Virus record (IMG/VR): IMGVR_UViG_3300046169_000069
Strand: one strand, 5' to 3'
DNA from: a virus
DNA length: 64,000 nt
Shown: positions 1 to 14,800 of the stretch, piece by piece
Position numbering within the stretch: the stretch's first letter is position 1
Layout of the letters: every line of letters begins with the position of its first letter
Notes under the pieces: generated by a model
Told to the model about the DNA's origin: nothing
The model's database searches: none
Seen by the model: only the letters and a program-made list of their open reading frames with translations
Translations under genes and position numbers: made by a program

Positions 1-3000
1 ACCACTCTTATCAGAAGTTTGTGTACCAGACAATGTATCAATCTGAGACTGTAGACTTGCGTCACCCGCAGTGCGAGCAGAAGACTCAGTGTTGATATTT
101 GACTGTAGTACTGCTTCTGCAGCAAGAGCACGTACTTCTTCAACACCTTCTGCAGTTTGTGCACGTAGCACCTCTGCGTCTAGTTCTGAGTGTACTTCGT
201 TGATCGCTTCAACAACAGATGTTGCAGTTGTTTCTAGTGAAGGAACACCACCCTGTCCTGTTATTTTAACAGATCCTGCTTCTATTTGGTAAATACCAAT
301 ACCAGTATCAGAACTTAATACAAATATGACACCATTGTCTTGAGTCGTAAATGGTAAAGATACTGTTGTAGGTACTGATCCCGCAGAAACTGTTGTTGAC
401 GCATATACTGTAGCTGAAGACTGTAGATTTCCGGCGACAACAGTAATAGTCATGTCACTAGCAGCCTGCAGAACAGTCATGCTAAGTGTATAACTTTCAC
501 CAACAACCAATGGAGTTGGTCCACTGTATGAGGTATAGTTAGATCCAATATATCCCCATATACCGCCACCAAGACCTGTCGAGTCTGGAGAAGGTACAGA
601 GAATTTTATTTCTTGATCTGGACCCCAAGTAGTCGCACCTGCGGCTTGATCCCAGTACTGAGCACTGATATTAGTGACGTTTCTGACGTAGTTAGTCTCT
701 TCACCCTTAACAAACGTGTCTAGATCAGAGATTGTCGAAGCGTTTGTAGTGATCAACGTCTGTAGATCGCCATCCGCACCTTCAAACGCAGCAACAACTT
801 CTTGCAACGTGTCTAGTGTTTCTGGTGATGTACCAACGATGGCATCCAACTGAGACTGTAGACCAGACTCAACGCCAGTTGCACGAGCAACTTCCGCATC
901 AACTGCAGCTTTGTACAGTTGCATCACCTGCAATACGTGCCGCCGCTTCATCTGAGTCACCAGCGATACGTGCCGCTGATTCCACTGAAACGTCACCACT
1001 TGCAGCGATGGTTAGGTTATCAATCTGAGTTTGTAGACTTGCGTCACCAGCAACACGAGCCGCTTGTTCTGCACTGTCCGCGTCTTCTAGATTTGATGTC
1101 AAAGTCTCAACAACATCTAGACGGTTAGAGTTAGACATTGCTGTCAACGCGCCAGAGTTATTGACGTTCTGAACCTGAACTTTCAGTTCTTCGGTCTTGC
1201 CTTCTAGATAGTTAATACCGTCAGATAGACTTGCGTTAGGTATGATAACTTCTTTGATCTCAACAGCACCGGAAGCGATCGTGAGGTCCAGATCATAAGA
1301 ACCAAGATTGCTAGTGTCCATACTCACAAACGATTCGCTGACTTTGATAGGAATACCTGACAAAGCCGAAGTGTCGTAAATATACAATGAACCAGATGTA
1401 GTACTATTATCATCATCTCCATGTGAAGAGACAACTAACTTACCACCTTCTACATCCAGACTATAACCAAAGTAATCGCTAGCGTTTCCGTCATATGCAT
1501 ATATTGTCTGAATATGACTTCCGTCAGATACGTCAAAGACTTCAACTTTACCTACATCTGACCCTTGTGCACCGTCCCAACCATAAGAACCTACGTATAG
1601 TCGAGTGTCGTCCAACGCAACAGATCTACCGAAGTTGTCCCAATCTTGTGAATCTGGAGACTGTAAAGCGTAAGCCATAGTTCCTGAAGCATACCCATCT
1701 GTATTTTTAGGATAAACATAGACAGCACCTCTACCGTACACGACTCCATTGTTATCATTTCTAGGACCGTAACGAGAACCTACGGCAACATAGTTATCGT
1801 TGAACGCAGTTCCGTTTGAGAAATGGCCAAAATTGCTTCCATCTTGATCATCGGACCACTGTCCATTAGGCGGCATTATTACAGAAGGTGTTGCCTGAAT
1901 ATCTCTCAGATCAAATATTGCAATGAAACTATTGTAGTTATTACTACCGTAGTAACTGTATCCATTAACTGTCACATATAGATAATCTTCATCGACTTCT
2001 ACTTGACGACCGAACTGAAGGTTATCATTCGAGTAGCTACTATTCGATCTCCAGAAGCTAGGAATCCCAGTAGGATCTAAAATGATAGGTTGACTTGTCA
2101 GATTGTTGATATCGTACAAATAAACTCTACCTGAGTTATCTTGGAAAGTTACGTTGTATGCATCTCTTCCAGTCCAATCTCGGCCCCATTCCCCTACAAT
2201 GATGTAGTTGTGATCGGCAGAACCGGTCACAGACCAACCAAAGTAATTATAAGCAGAAGTGTTTGAAGGTTTCAACACTACAGGATCTGCGCTAAGATCA
2301 TTTAGATCCCAAACATAGACTTCACCTGCGTTAGTCACATTGCCTGGATCTGAGTAATCATATCCAACGACAACTTTATCTCTTATGATTTTCGCGGTTC
2401 TTGGATTACCCATATTAGAAGTAGCACCAATATGACTACCATGACCTTCAGGAGATAAAACCGTTGGTGGTGACAATGGACTGTTCGCATCAAATACTAA
2501 TGCGTGACCACACGGAACGTCGGCGGTTGAAGCAGACACCGTAACGATATACTGATCTTGATAAACCCAACGTGAGACTTCAGTAGGCATATTTGGAACT
2601 GTTAGTCCCGCACCTGCGTGAATCTGATCATCAAGTGTTGCGATCTGTGTCGTATGCGTTGATACGATTGATGTGTTACCAGTGATTAGAGCCTGCAAGT
2701 CATTGTCTGCGTTCTGGAACGTAGATACAACTTCTTGTAGAGTGTCTAGTGTCTCTGGTGAAGTGCCAACGATGTTGTCGATCTGAGATTGCAACGCAGC
2801 ATCACCTGCCGCACGATCAGCAACTTCAGTAGCAATCTGGCCAGAGTGAACATCGATCTGTGCCTGTAGATTAGGTACAGAAGTATCTTCGATGACATCC
2901 AAACGTCCACGAACATCTACAAAGTCTGAATCGTGACCAGCGATGTCAGTTTGGTTTGTTGCGATATCGTCTAGGAACTGCGTGTCAGAACCAGTGATTG

Positions 3001-6000
3001 ACTGTAGAGATGTGTTCAACTCGTTGATTGCACCAACAACATCGGTAGCAGCTGTTTCTAGTGCTGGATTTGAAAGAGGATCTAAATCACTCTTCAACTC
3101 GTTGATTGCACCAGATAGAGTCTGACTTGATGTTGATAATGTACTGTTTCCGATTTCACTATGCAACTCGTTAATTGCACCATATATTGTTTTTGCGGTA
3201 GTTCCTACTGTAGTATCTAATTCATTATAATCCGATGAAACCACCTGACCATTTTCTAGAACAGCTGATCCCGTGCGGGTGCTTCTTAGATCATATTCGG
3301 TAAGGAGACTGCCATTGGAACCATAAAATCGAATCGCATCAAATGAGTAATTGTTACCAGTTAAATGTTCATCATAGGCTCGGCCGCCAGGAGCTGGTGA
3401 TATTGTATTACTTGGTATAATATTGTAGTCAGACCCCCAAGTTCCTGTGTGGTTTATTATCTGTTGGGCACCAGTGTTAGTGTGGAGCGGTACTGTCATA
3501 GTATTCCAATAACCAGAACTAAACTGAGCTCCACCGGAACCTAAAGTAATTCTCGTAGGAGATTCAATGCGGTACATAACATTTTCACCGTTTAGAATCT
3601 CTAAAGCATATACCGGATATCCATTTATATTATTAGCAACAGTATTTGGAATTGTAGCATAACTCTGACTATTAGTAAAATATAATGATGTCGTACTGTA
3701 CCCACTAGCGCTTACGGTACTAGAACCGCCACCGAAACTTACCATACCATGTTCTGTTTGATAATATTTCGGAGCTTTTGTTTGAGAAATAATATCTTTT
3801 ATTGATTGAATGTCAGAATCATTTCCACTGATTAAAGTTTGCAGGTCATGATCAGCATTCTCATATGCAGATACAAGTTCTTGTAGAGTGTCTAGAGTTT
3901 CTGGAGACGTTCCTACAATAGTGTCGATCTGTGACTGTAAACTCGCAATATCGCCGTCGTTTGAGGTGATTTGAGTTTGTAAGTTATTATCTGCGTTTTG
4001 GCGAGATAAAGTTTCACCAGAAGTATACTGTTCGAAGTATGCCACGTGTGCCGCATTTGCACTGTCATAGATTGATGACTGTTCTGCGTTAGCCGCAGCG
4101 TAGATCGCAGTCTGTTCTGCGTTAGCCGAATCATAAAGTGCAATCTGTTCCGCTTTATCAGAATCGTAACGTTGATCTTGTGCAAGCAGTTTGAAGTCAA
4201 TATTTGCTTCAACAGTTTGCAGATCTTGTACGATTGTAGATGAACCAGTAACCGCTTCAACAGCAGTAAGAAGTTCTTCTTTCTTAGCGTTCAAGTAGTT
4301 GACCGCAGCAGTTAGGTCGTCATTTGGATTGAATGTCTCTGTGACACTTAGGGTTACAGTTCCTGTTGCAGATACTGCAGGAAGTTTGTTTCCATAACCA
4401 AAACCAGTTTCTTCGATCATTACTGGATGTTGAAGAGAAACTCCCTCAACTCCATTGACAAGATCGGTGAAGTTATTCAGATCATGAATGTATATGGTTC
4501 CAGTATCTTCTGAAGTTCCACCAGACATTTTCATGTTTCGAGAAGTGATAATTAACTTATCATTTTGGATCTGAATAGAGGAAGGATAATCCCACCCATC
4601 TATATTAGATATTCCGCCCCAAGCGTTAGGAGCGAACTGATACACTCTCACATTGGAGAAATTATAACCAGAAAGTTCGCCACCTTTAAATTGTGCCTCA
4701 ATCCAACCAAAACTGCCAGGAATCCATGAATAATTATTACCACTACTTGGGAAGTTGTTGTTGAATAAGTCGTCTTTAGTGACCATTACAACTTCTTCTG
4801 TGCTTCCAAACACTAACCAGTCATCACTAACTGCAAGCTTTCGGTCCGAATTGTATAGGTAATATGCGTTAGAGTATCTTCTGTAAACCGAAGAATACAT
4901 CATACTGTTGTCGGTGCGGTAAAAAGGAGCAGCATTTAAGTTAGATGCGTCCCACACCATCAATCGGCCGTAATTATCGTGGACGTAGTATGATCCGTAA
5001 TTCTGTACAGCAGCAATCATAGTGTTACTTACAACGAAGTTGGACGCCACTACACCACCGTCATAGATAGAATCTTGCAAAGTAGTCACATAAGAAAGGT
5101 CTGTTCTATTATAGACAAATATTCTATCCTGGCCTGTTAAAGCGCCAACAAACACGTGAGTGTCGTTCCAATCTACTCTACATGCGAAACCATCGTAATC
5201 GTTTGACCCTAATGTTGGATAATTTACACCAGTTGGTAAGTCTTCGCTTGTTGTTTCAATGTAGATAGCGTTTCCAGAAACAAGTGATGGAACATCATAT
5301 ATTCTTGCACTGCCAACTACAGTATCAGTACTTACGTTACCGATAAGAACTTTAGAACCGCCATCATATCGAATTTGAGCATAATCATAAACAGTGCGTA
5401 GATCAGCATGTACTTCTGCGATAGGTAGTGAAGATGAATCTATCGTAGCAAGTTCGTAAACTAGGAAGTAAATCTCACGAGCATCAAGGCTGGTGTTGTC
5501 CAACCTAGCCATAACTATAACATGGTCACGAGTTATGAAGTTACCTTCTGGTTTAGAATTGTATGCCGACGGCAATACTACTCTTGTGCCTAATCCAGTC
5601 TGAACCGATTGGTTTTCAACATACTCTGCAGAAGTGTAGACAAAGAATTCGTCGTCACCTTCGATAACAGTGTAGTACTGATCACCAACATCTTTATTGT
5701 AAGTAATAGAAGTTAGTTCTTGTGGTAGAGCAATGTGACCTGTACCCATACGACCACGAATTTCGTTTTGTAATAGGTTTGTGTCTGCAAAAGAACCACT
5801 TACAGATGATGTGAAATAATTGTAATCGGAGTCGTGATCTACAATAAACTGTGCTTGAGACGCATTGACCGCATCTTCAAACCCTTGACGTTCAGCGTTT
5901 ACCGAAGCTTCGAATGCAGTACGATCTGCATTTACCTGATCAATATCAGCTTGAACTGCATCACGGTGTGCTTGACGATCCGCGTTTACAGATGCTTCGA

Positions 6001-9000
6001 ATGCAGTACGATCTGCATCTACCGCAACGATTGCAGCCGCGTTAGTCGCAATGTTTGCAGTGTTAGTTGCAACGTCTGCCGCGATTGAAGCGATGTCAGC
6101 ATCATTTGACTGGATTGCTGCCAAGTTTGCTTCTAGATCTGCACGTAGTTCCTGACGCTTAGCTTCCAAGTAGTTGATCGAGTTGCCTAGACCGGATGCT
6201 GGAATGATGGTGTCAGTAATTGTTTGCGTAACCGTTTCTGCTGGCGAGATCGCAATAAGACGACCGAAATTGCCAGAAGCTGTACTAGAATCACCTCGAA
6301 CTAAACGCTCAGGCGGTTGATCCATATTTGTTAGGTCATAAACAAACATAGCAGTACCGGAAGAACCAGCTACAATCAATCGATTGCTTTCTTCATGCAT
6401 CTGGTATGGGAAAATCCCTAGGTTGTTTTCTGGCGGTGTTATTACTAACGGAGGCAATAATAAATTATTCGCATCATAGATGAAAATAAGACCAACCGAA
6501 CTCGTAATTCCAGGCGTATTGCCCTCAAGTGTGCCTACAATTAATCTTGTGTCTGTTAATGCTATAGAGTATCCAAACTGAAGGTTATTTGTTGCATATT
6601 CTGCAGGCGGATATAACTTAGTATGTGCTTCATTCAGGTTATCTGGGTTAAACAAATAAACAGAACCGTGATTTGGTCCATCTATATCATCTCCATACGC
6701 ACCTACAGCAATACGTGTAGAAGAAACTTCGAACGAACCAGTAAGTTCGCCATTAGCCCAAGAGATAACGTCGGAGTTTTGATCGCCAGAAGTTAATTCA
6801 TGTCCATTGATCAAATGACCATCACTTTGTCGGATATCTAAAACCCAAAGTGCATCAACACCACTATATCTAAATGCACAAAGTTTATCGCCAAATACTC
6901 TCAGTTTATAATCGACTATACTAGCAATATTATATGTACTAGTTCTTAAGTTACTTCCAGATTCCGATAAAGGTTGTTTCCATATAGTATCCGTTCCTGA
7001 AGTTTCGTGCGCATAAATGTAATCTTCTGAAACAGCAAATCCATTTATATTTTGGTTTTCCGCAGTAGCATAAGATTTGGAAGCCGAAGTTATGCCCAGT
7101 ACTAAATCTGCCCATTCGTATCTGTACACTAGATGTCTATTGACATTCCAATTAATGAATAGAGCTTCACTGTTGGCGTCAATATGATATATGTAGTATC
7201 CGCTAAAGTAAACTTTTGCAACCGGAGTAGATGAATCGACACTATCATACACATAGACGTTATGATTATCAGCAGTCGCATAGAACTGACGGCCCGCATA
7301 CTCTACATCAAAGGTAATTGTCTCACCGATGTCTGGAGTAATTAGAGGAACGCCTTCAGCACCAATTGTTGTCTGTAGTGCAGCTAGTGTACCAGTGTTT
7401 GTGTTGATTAGACCCTGTAGAGTGCTGTCTGCATTTGAGTATGCAGTCACGATCTCTTGTAGAGTGTCTAGTGTCTCTGGAGAAGTACCAATGATTGCGT
7501 CTAACTGTGCTTGTAGTGCCGCGTCACCTGTGACGATTGCACTTGCGTTAGCCTGTTCTGCCAACTGAGCACGGACAACTTCTGCGTCTAGATTAGACTG
7601 TACTGCATTAACTTCATCTACTGTTGCACCACTTGCGGTTCGAGCTGCATTTTCTGCAACGATGTCATCGATCTGTGTTTGTAGACCCGAGTCAGCAGTT
7701 GTACGGTTTGAGATTTCTGTATTAAGTGCAGTAGACTGTGCAGAGATTAGAGTTGCTTGTGATGTCTGTGAAGATTCACGAGCAGCAGTTTCTGCAACGA
7801 TCTTCGCATCTAATGCATTGTCTGCAGAGATACGCGCTTGTGTTTCAGCAGTGTCTGCTGCCGCACGAGCGTTTGATTCGTCAACGATTGCACTTGCGTT
7901 AGTTGCATCACCAGCGATACGTGAAGTTTCTTCTGCAGAGATTGCCGCAACACGTGCGTCTGTTTCTGCCTGAACAGCTGTAGAAGTGGCACTATTGTCC
8001 GCCATTTCAGCGTGTAGTTCGTTGATCGCAGCACCAATGGTTTGTGCAGTAGTGTCTAGATTTGTTAGAACAGTTGAAACGTCGATTACGTCTTCATATA
8101 CTGCAGGCACTTCTTGTGAGGCGACCAAAGAATTGTGTCCGGCACTGACGGCGTAAGTTCTAGTGATTGCACCTGAAGTGGGTGTGAGACCAGTAGTGGA
8201 CTCATTATAGATCTTAACAGTTCCGTTGTCATCATTTTGTAAATAAACTTTACCGTTATCGACATCGACGAACTGTTTTTTGGTTGTGGAAATAGACCGA
8301 CCAAGATAAGATACTCCATTAGCATCCCAAGTCCATTCATGAAGATATGCATAACCTGAGACATGAGTAGTAACATATAGTTTATTATCAGTCATATCTA
8401 CATCAAACCCGTAACCTCGCCAGTAGGTATTCAAGTCGTTACTAGGGATAGTAGTATGTAACTCAAAAGTTTGACCTGTTACGTAGTTTTTTAAATTTAC
8501 TCTTTCATAGTTATTATATCCATCTTTGCGCTGAGACCATAAAATGTAATCTCCGCGAATATCAAATCCCCATACATTACCATTCCCTATGAAGGTATCT
8601 TGATTGTTGTATTGGGAAGTTGGGGATATCATATGTACACTGGATGGATTTGCACCATCTGTTACGTCCCAGATAGATATTCTGCCTTCTTCATAAGACC
8701 AAGTGTATCCTATAGCAATCTTAGTTCCGTCCTCGTTCATCTTTAGATAAACTTCTGTAGAACCTATGTTAGGTAGACCGTTATAAATTAGATTTGTATT
8801 AGAGTAAACTTCATTTCCTGCTAAATCGTATACTTTGAATCCTTTTTCAAAAGAAACAAATACATGCGTGTCGTTAGAAACGAGATTATAACCGAACTTT
8901 TGTATCGTTCCGCTAGATTCTAACACATAAGTGTAGTCTTCTGGGCCTGGGTTTGTTGATAGATCGTAGTGATAAACTCTACCAGTACCAGCGGCAGGGA

Positions 9001-11816
9001 TTGCGTCTGGCGCACTAACCCACAAATGGTTTCCTGTTTTCGCCACAGAAGCACCGAACGAACCCTGAGATCCGGATGGACTTGTGATGGTGTGGGTTAT
9101 ATTACCGGAGTATAAAATATCCCCCGTATATACACTAACAGAACCGGACTTAGCAACAGCCATTTCTGCTGGTGTTTCTGCAGTTACTAGGTTTTGACCA
9201 ACAACTGTGCTTACTTCGTGACCTAGGTATGATTCTAGAGATGAAATATCAGATGAGTTTGCAACCATCAACGCCTGTAGATCACCGTCAGCACTTTCGA
9301 ATGCAGCTACGATCTCTTGTAGCGTATCCAAACTTTCTGGAGATGAACCCAAGATCGCATCAATCTGTGACTGAATGCTTGATAGATCTAAGTTTGCTAG
9401 GTCCGAAGACTTCGCTAGTTCTACCCACTGACCAGCGTGTGCAAAGTATGCAGCACCCTCTGCGTGGACGTGTGCAAACATACCGTGATTTGCAGATGCG
9501 TCTGGTAGATCTGCCAATGTAGAGAACAATGGGTGTGTTGCACCAGTTGCTTCGACTTGGTTAATCTGATTTTGTAGATCTGTTTCTGCTGCAGTAGCAC
9601 GTGCAGTTTCTGCAGAGATTGCAGATGCATTTGCTTGTTCAGCTGATGTTGCGCGAGCTGCTTCTGCGTCTACCGCTGCCTGTACTGTTGCATCACCTGC
9701 AACACGAGCAGTTGCTTCTGCAGTGATTGCTGCTTCACGTGCTTCTGCTTCAGCTTCATCTCCAGCAACACGGGCTGCAGTTTCGGTTGAAATTGCACTT
9801 GTCTTCGCTGCGTTATTAGATGATACTGTTGCGCTAAGTGAATCGATTGCACTTTGTAGATCTGAGTCAGCATCTTCACGTTGTTGCTTTTCTGCAGCGT
9901 CAAAGAATGTGCGGTCAGAGACTTCTTGTGTCAATGATGCATTTACTGCTGTAATAGTAGAAGAGTTGCCTATGATTAGACCTGTAAGATCACTATCCGC
10001 ACCTTCAAACGCCGCCACAACTTCTTGAATTGTGTCTAGTGTTTCCGGAGATGTTCCAACGATTGCGTCTAGTTGTGATTGTAGAGCTGATAGATCTGTA
10101 CCAGTTACAGAGTTTAACTGTGATTGTAGATCGGAGACTGCAGCTGCACGTGTTTGTGCTTCTGCTAGGTCAGCAGCAATACGTGCTGATTGTTCTGCGT
10201 CTACCGCTGCCTGTACTGTTGCATCGCCAGCGATACGTGCTGCAGATTCGTCTGAGTCTGCATCAGCACGAGCACTTGCTTCAGCAACGATAGCCTGCAG
10301 CGTTTGCTTGTTCTGCAGATGTTGCGCGAGCAATTTCCGCATCAATTGCAGCACCACGTGCCGTTGCTTCCGCAGCGACTGCATCAGCGATATCCTGAGA
10401 TACTGCCTCACGTGCGCGTACGACTGTGAAGAATAACTTATTGTCACCTTCAGCAATAACGTCTGTGCTTGTTACTGCGATTGGAGTTGCAGTGACACCG
10501 TCGTATACTTCCCAACGATCTTCTAGTTCGTTCCAACGTAGCTGAACTGCAGGTTCGTCACCACGCATGATACGAATACCTGCGTTAAGTACCGGAGCAC
10601 CTGTAGAAACATTGCTGTTTAGATCGATGATATTGTCAGCGACTTTTAAGGTCTGACTGTCTAGAGTTGTTGTAGTACCCTCGACGGTCAAATTGCCTTC
10701 GATGGTTACATTATCTTCAAAGACTTTATCGCCAGTGATTGTACCGTCTGCATTTAAACTGTCAACATATTCTTTTGTTGCAGCGTCTGAAGCATCTACT
10801 GGAGCACCGACATTTTTAACTTTGTGTGTTCCCATATCAACAGCACCACCAAACTTAGTTGGTTCGCCGCCGACTGTAGAAATTGTTTCTCCAACAGACA
10901 TTACTAGATCTGACTTCAACTGGACACTTTCGTCGCCAGCGTTTAGATCAATGTTACCACCACCTGTTGCGCCGAACGACAGGTTCTGACCTGCGTCTGC
11001 GTACATAGTGATTGTACCGCTGTTGTCTTCTAGAATCTTAGTACCGTTAATGTACAGAGAGCCTGGACCGATGTATAGATCTTTCCATACGCGATCTGGA
11101 GAACCTAGTGTGTACTCGTTGTCAGCTGATGGAATTAAGTTTCCTGTCCAACCGTCGCTGTCGTTATACGTGAACTGTGACGCTTGTAGTGCGCTAACAG
11201 CGGCACCACGCGTTGCAGATTCAGCAGCAATTGCCGCAGCGTTCGCAAGTTCTGCTGCAGACGCACGAGTAACTTCTGCATCAATGTTCTGTTGTAGAGT
11301 TACGTCTCCTGCGATACGCTGAGTGGTTTCGATGCCGATAGCGGCAGTGTTTGCACTTAACGATGAGGAGTTTGCAGCTAGAAGTGATTGAATGTCACTA
11401 TCTGCACCTTCGAAAGCGGAAACGATCTCGACAAGAGTGTCAAGTGTTTCTGGTGAAGCGCCTACGATGGAGTCAATTTGAGTTTGTAGTGAATCTACTT
11501 CTGCTTGAGTGTCAGCATTAACTCCTAGTGAGTCAATCTGGGTTTGTAGAGATGCAATATCTGAAATACGTGTTGCTGTTTCGGATGCGATTGCAACTGT
11601 GTTACTGTTTACATCTATGAAAATTTGTGAGTCTGAGTCGACGATAGAACTGCCGGAACCAGTGAGTGCACCTTCATCTACTAGAGATGAGACTGCGTCT
11701 GCGATGGCCCCTGCAACTATAGTACCATCAGCTCGGATTATGACGACATCATTGACGGTTAATTCACCTTTTACGTCAACGCCGTTCTGAATCCTAAACT
11801 TTTTGTTAGTATTCAT
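1..11816 (-). CDS. Giant modular tail-fibre/adhesin-like virion protein (>3900 aa, runs off the left edge); coiled-coil stalk with inserted beta-propeller (FG-GAP-like) and other domains; split by two apparent frameshifts
   Basis: ORFs 10281..11816 and 899..10456, plus an open frame 1..~908, join after removing one base at ~10294 and one at ~910. Ala/Asp-rich heptad segments, 7 SPE[TS]LDT motifs, FG-GAP-like repeats (FGRSVALDDTRLYVGS..GKVEVFD; FGYSLDVEGGKLVVSS..GSLYIYD). Confidence 0.75.
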
Positions 11817-11847
11817 TGCTTATACCTTTTTTGGCTATGTGGGAAAT

Positions 11848-11870
11848 GGGGGTGGACTGATTCCACCCCC
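11848..11870 (-). terminator. GC-rich hairpin between two fibre genes (weak terminator or processing stem)
   Basis: gggggtgga-ctgat-tccaccccc, 9-bp stem; only a short U tract on the minus strand. Confidence 0.5.
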
Positions 11871-11898
11871 GAAGTTATGATTTAGAAATTATAATATA

Positions 11899-14800
11899 TT
11901 ATACGTCAACGTGAGTGGCAGTGACCTTAACGGTTGCACCAGCACTTACAGCTGTGTATGTTAGTTCTACTGAACCATTTGTCATTTGAACGTCGGTATC
12001 ACCTAGCAGACCTGCGCCTGTATAAACGATGCCGTACTCTGTTATATATGCATTGGTTCCGTCGTGGATTACCATGCACTCACGTACTTCGTGTTGACCG
12101 CCTAGATCTACAGTTACGATGAACTTAGCAGAACGATGGACAGTTGAATCAAACGAAGATACGACAACAGCAGATGTACCTACAGCAACATCTTCACCCT
12201 GAATGAATGCCTTGATTTCGTCAGCTAGTGTTTCAGCACCAACAGACTTAGGATCTAGGACACCAACCGAGTTAGTAGACTGAGCGATAACAACCGCCTG
12301 TGTACCGACTGGGATAGCAGAAGTGAATGTGATTGTCTGATTAGGACCATCGATTGTGTAGTGAGTTGTTGGATCCTGAATAACACCACCAACAAACACG
12401 AACGAGTTCTGGTTAGTAGTTGCGAAATCTAGTGCAAATACTGTTTGTGAACCGTCACCGCTTAGTGTCTGACGTTGTGCGTCATTGAACTGAAGTTGAG
12501 TTGGATCAACAAGCTCGATACCAGTACCGTCTGTACGTACGCGAGCAACATATCCTGCCTTTGCAGTACCTAGAGATGAATCAGTAACGTCTTCCAACTC
12601 AACGAATGCCTTACCAGTTGATACTGATAGAACACCTGTTGAACTGTTGTAAGATACGTCGCCTTCACCATCTACGTCTGTGACAGAGATTGAAGCACGA
12701 GCACGTGCTGGAGTAAAGTATTCGTTATCGCCTTCACTTAGATCAGTAGTTGAGAATACAGAGATATGCTGTGCAGCAAGTCCTGCATCCATCTGACCTT
12801 TGTTGACTGCGTCTGTTGCGTCAGTACCGTTAGCAACTGCGATGACCTTGTTTGAACCCATGTTCAAAACACCAGTCATTGTGTCGCCAGACTTTGATAC
12901 CTTAGTATCTACTGCAGCTTGTAGAATTACGTCAGCAGCAGCAAACTCTGCACGGATCGCAGCGTCTTCTGAAACACGTGTTGAAGTTTCAGTAGCAATT
13001 GCAGTCGCGTTAGCAGCGATGTCTGTTTGGTTCTGTGATACTAGACCTGTTAGAGTACCGTCTGCAGCTTGGAAAGCAGCAACGATTTCTGTTAGTGAGT
13101 CTAGTGCAGCAGAGTCAGTGTTTGACTTAATGAAGTCAACTTGTGACTGTAGAGATGTTTCAACACCCTGTGCACGAGTTGATTCAGCAGCGATTGCCGC
13201 AGCGTTAGTTGCGATGTCGCCTGCGTTTGCAACTTCAGCAGCCGTTGCACGGGCAACTTCTGCTGCTAGAGATGCAGTTAGATCTGAATCGCCAGCAATA
13301 CGTGCAGCTTCTTCTGCATCAATCTGTGCCTGAAGTGAAGACTCTTTTGATAAACGACCAGTATCTACTGCTTTGATCGCTGCGTCCAACTTCTGGTCTG
13401 CATCTGCAAGAGATGTAGATAGATTGATGTAGTTAGTGCCGGATGGAGTTGCATAAGTGCCGTCAGCGTTAACGCCAGCAGCTGTTTGTGTTGCAGTCAT
13501 TTCACCTTCAACGACTGTTAGACGTGAGTCTAGAGCGTTGTCAGCAACTTGACGTGCGTTTGTTTCTGTAGTGATCTTACCGTCTAGGACGTTATCCGCA
13601 TTCTCACGTAGAGTAGCTTTCGTTTGCAACGATGCCGTCTGCGTAAGTCTTAGCATTTGCTTCTGCAGTGTCAGCCTTAGTAGTAGCGTCTGTTGCCGCT
13701 TCTGACTTGACTACAGCGTCTGCCGCGATGTATGCGTTAGTTACTACCACATCTGCCGCAGCGAACTCAGAACGGATTGCAGAGTCTTCTAGGACACGTG
13801 TTGCAATTTCAGAAGCAAGAGCATCTGAATCTGCGTCTGCGCGAGCAACAGCAGCTTGCAAGACCTGCAGTGTTAACGTCTGTCTCGCCGTGTACTTCGT
13901 TGATTGCACCAGTTAGAGTCTGTGCAGTTGTGTCTAGAGTTTCTTCTGCAGAACCGATCTTCGCTTCTAGAGCGTCGATGTCTGCTTCGTTAACTGTTAG
14001 ACGACCTGCTTGTAGACCCTGTTCTGTTTCTAGAGCAGTCGCACGACCTTCTAGTGAAGTAGAACGAGATTCTAGATCAGTTGCACGTAGTTCAAGAGCA
14101 TCGATGTCTGCTTCGTTGACTGTTAGACGACCAGAGTTTGCAGAAATAACATTCTGTAGGTCTGAGTCTGCGTCTTCAAATGCAGCTACGATTTCTTGTA
14201 GTGTGTCTAGAGTTTCTGGCGAAGTACCAACAATCGCATCAACACGACCAGTTACTGCGTCAACGTCAGTACGTAGACCACCTTCAACGCCAGTAGCGCG
14301 AGTAGTTTCGTCTGCGATTGCAGTAGCGTTGGCTTGTTCTGCAGCCTGTGCACGTGTAACTTCAATTGTTAGATCAGCTGCGTTCTGTGCGATTGCAGCA
14401 GTGTTTGTGTTAACGTCTGAACGTAGACCACCTTCAATACCAGTAGCACGAGCAACTTCTGCTGCAAGTGATGCTGTTAGATCGGAGTCTGCGTTTGCAC
14501 GTGTAACGGCTTCTGCATCAATGTTGTTCTGCAATGCAGTGTCTGCGTTTGCACGAGCAACTGCTTCTGCGTCGATGTTAGACTGTAGAGTCGCATCACC
14601 AGCAGCACGAGCAACTTCTTCTGCACGTAGATCAGTTTCGTTTTGATCAGCAAGTGCTTCTACTGCATCCATCTCACCTTCTAGCGCAGTAGTGCGTAGA
14701 GAAAGTGCGTCGTCTGCAGCTGAACGAGTTGCAGCTTCTGCAGTAACTTGTGCAGTAGTGAAGTCGTTTGCTTCTTGCTTAGCAGTTAGGATACGTGCAG

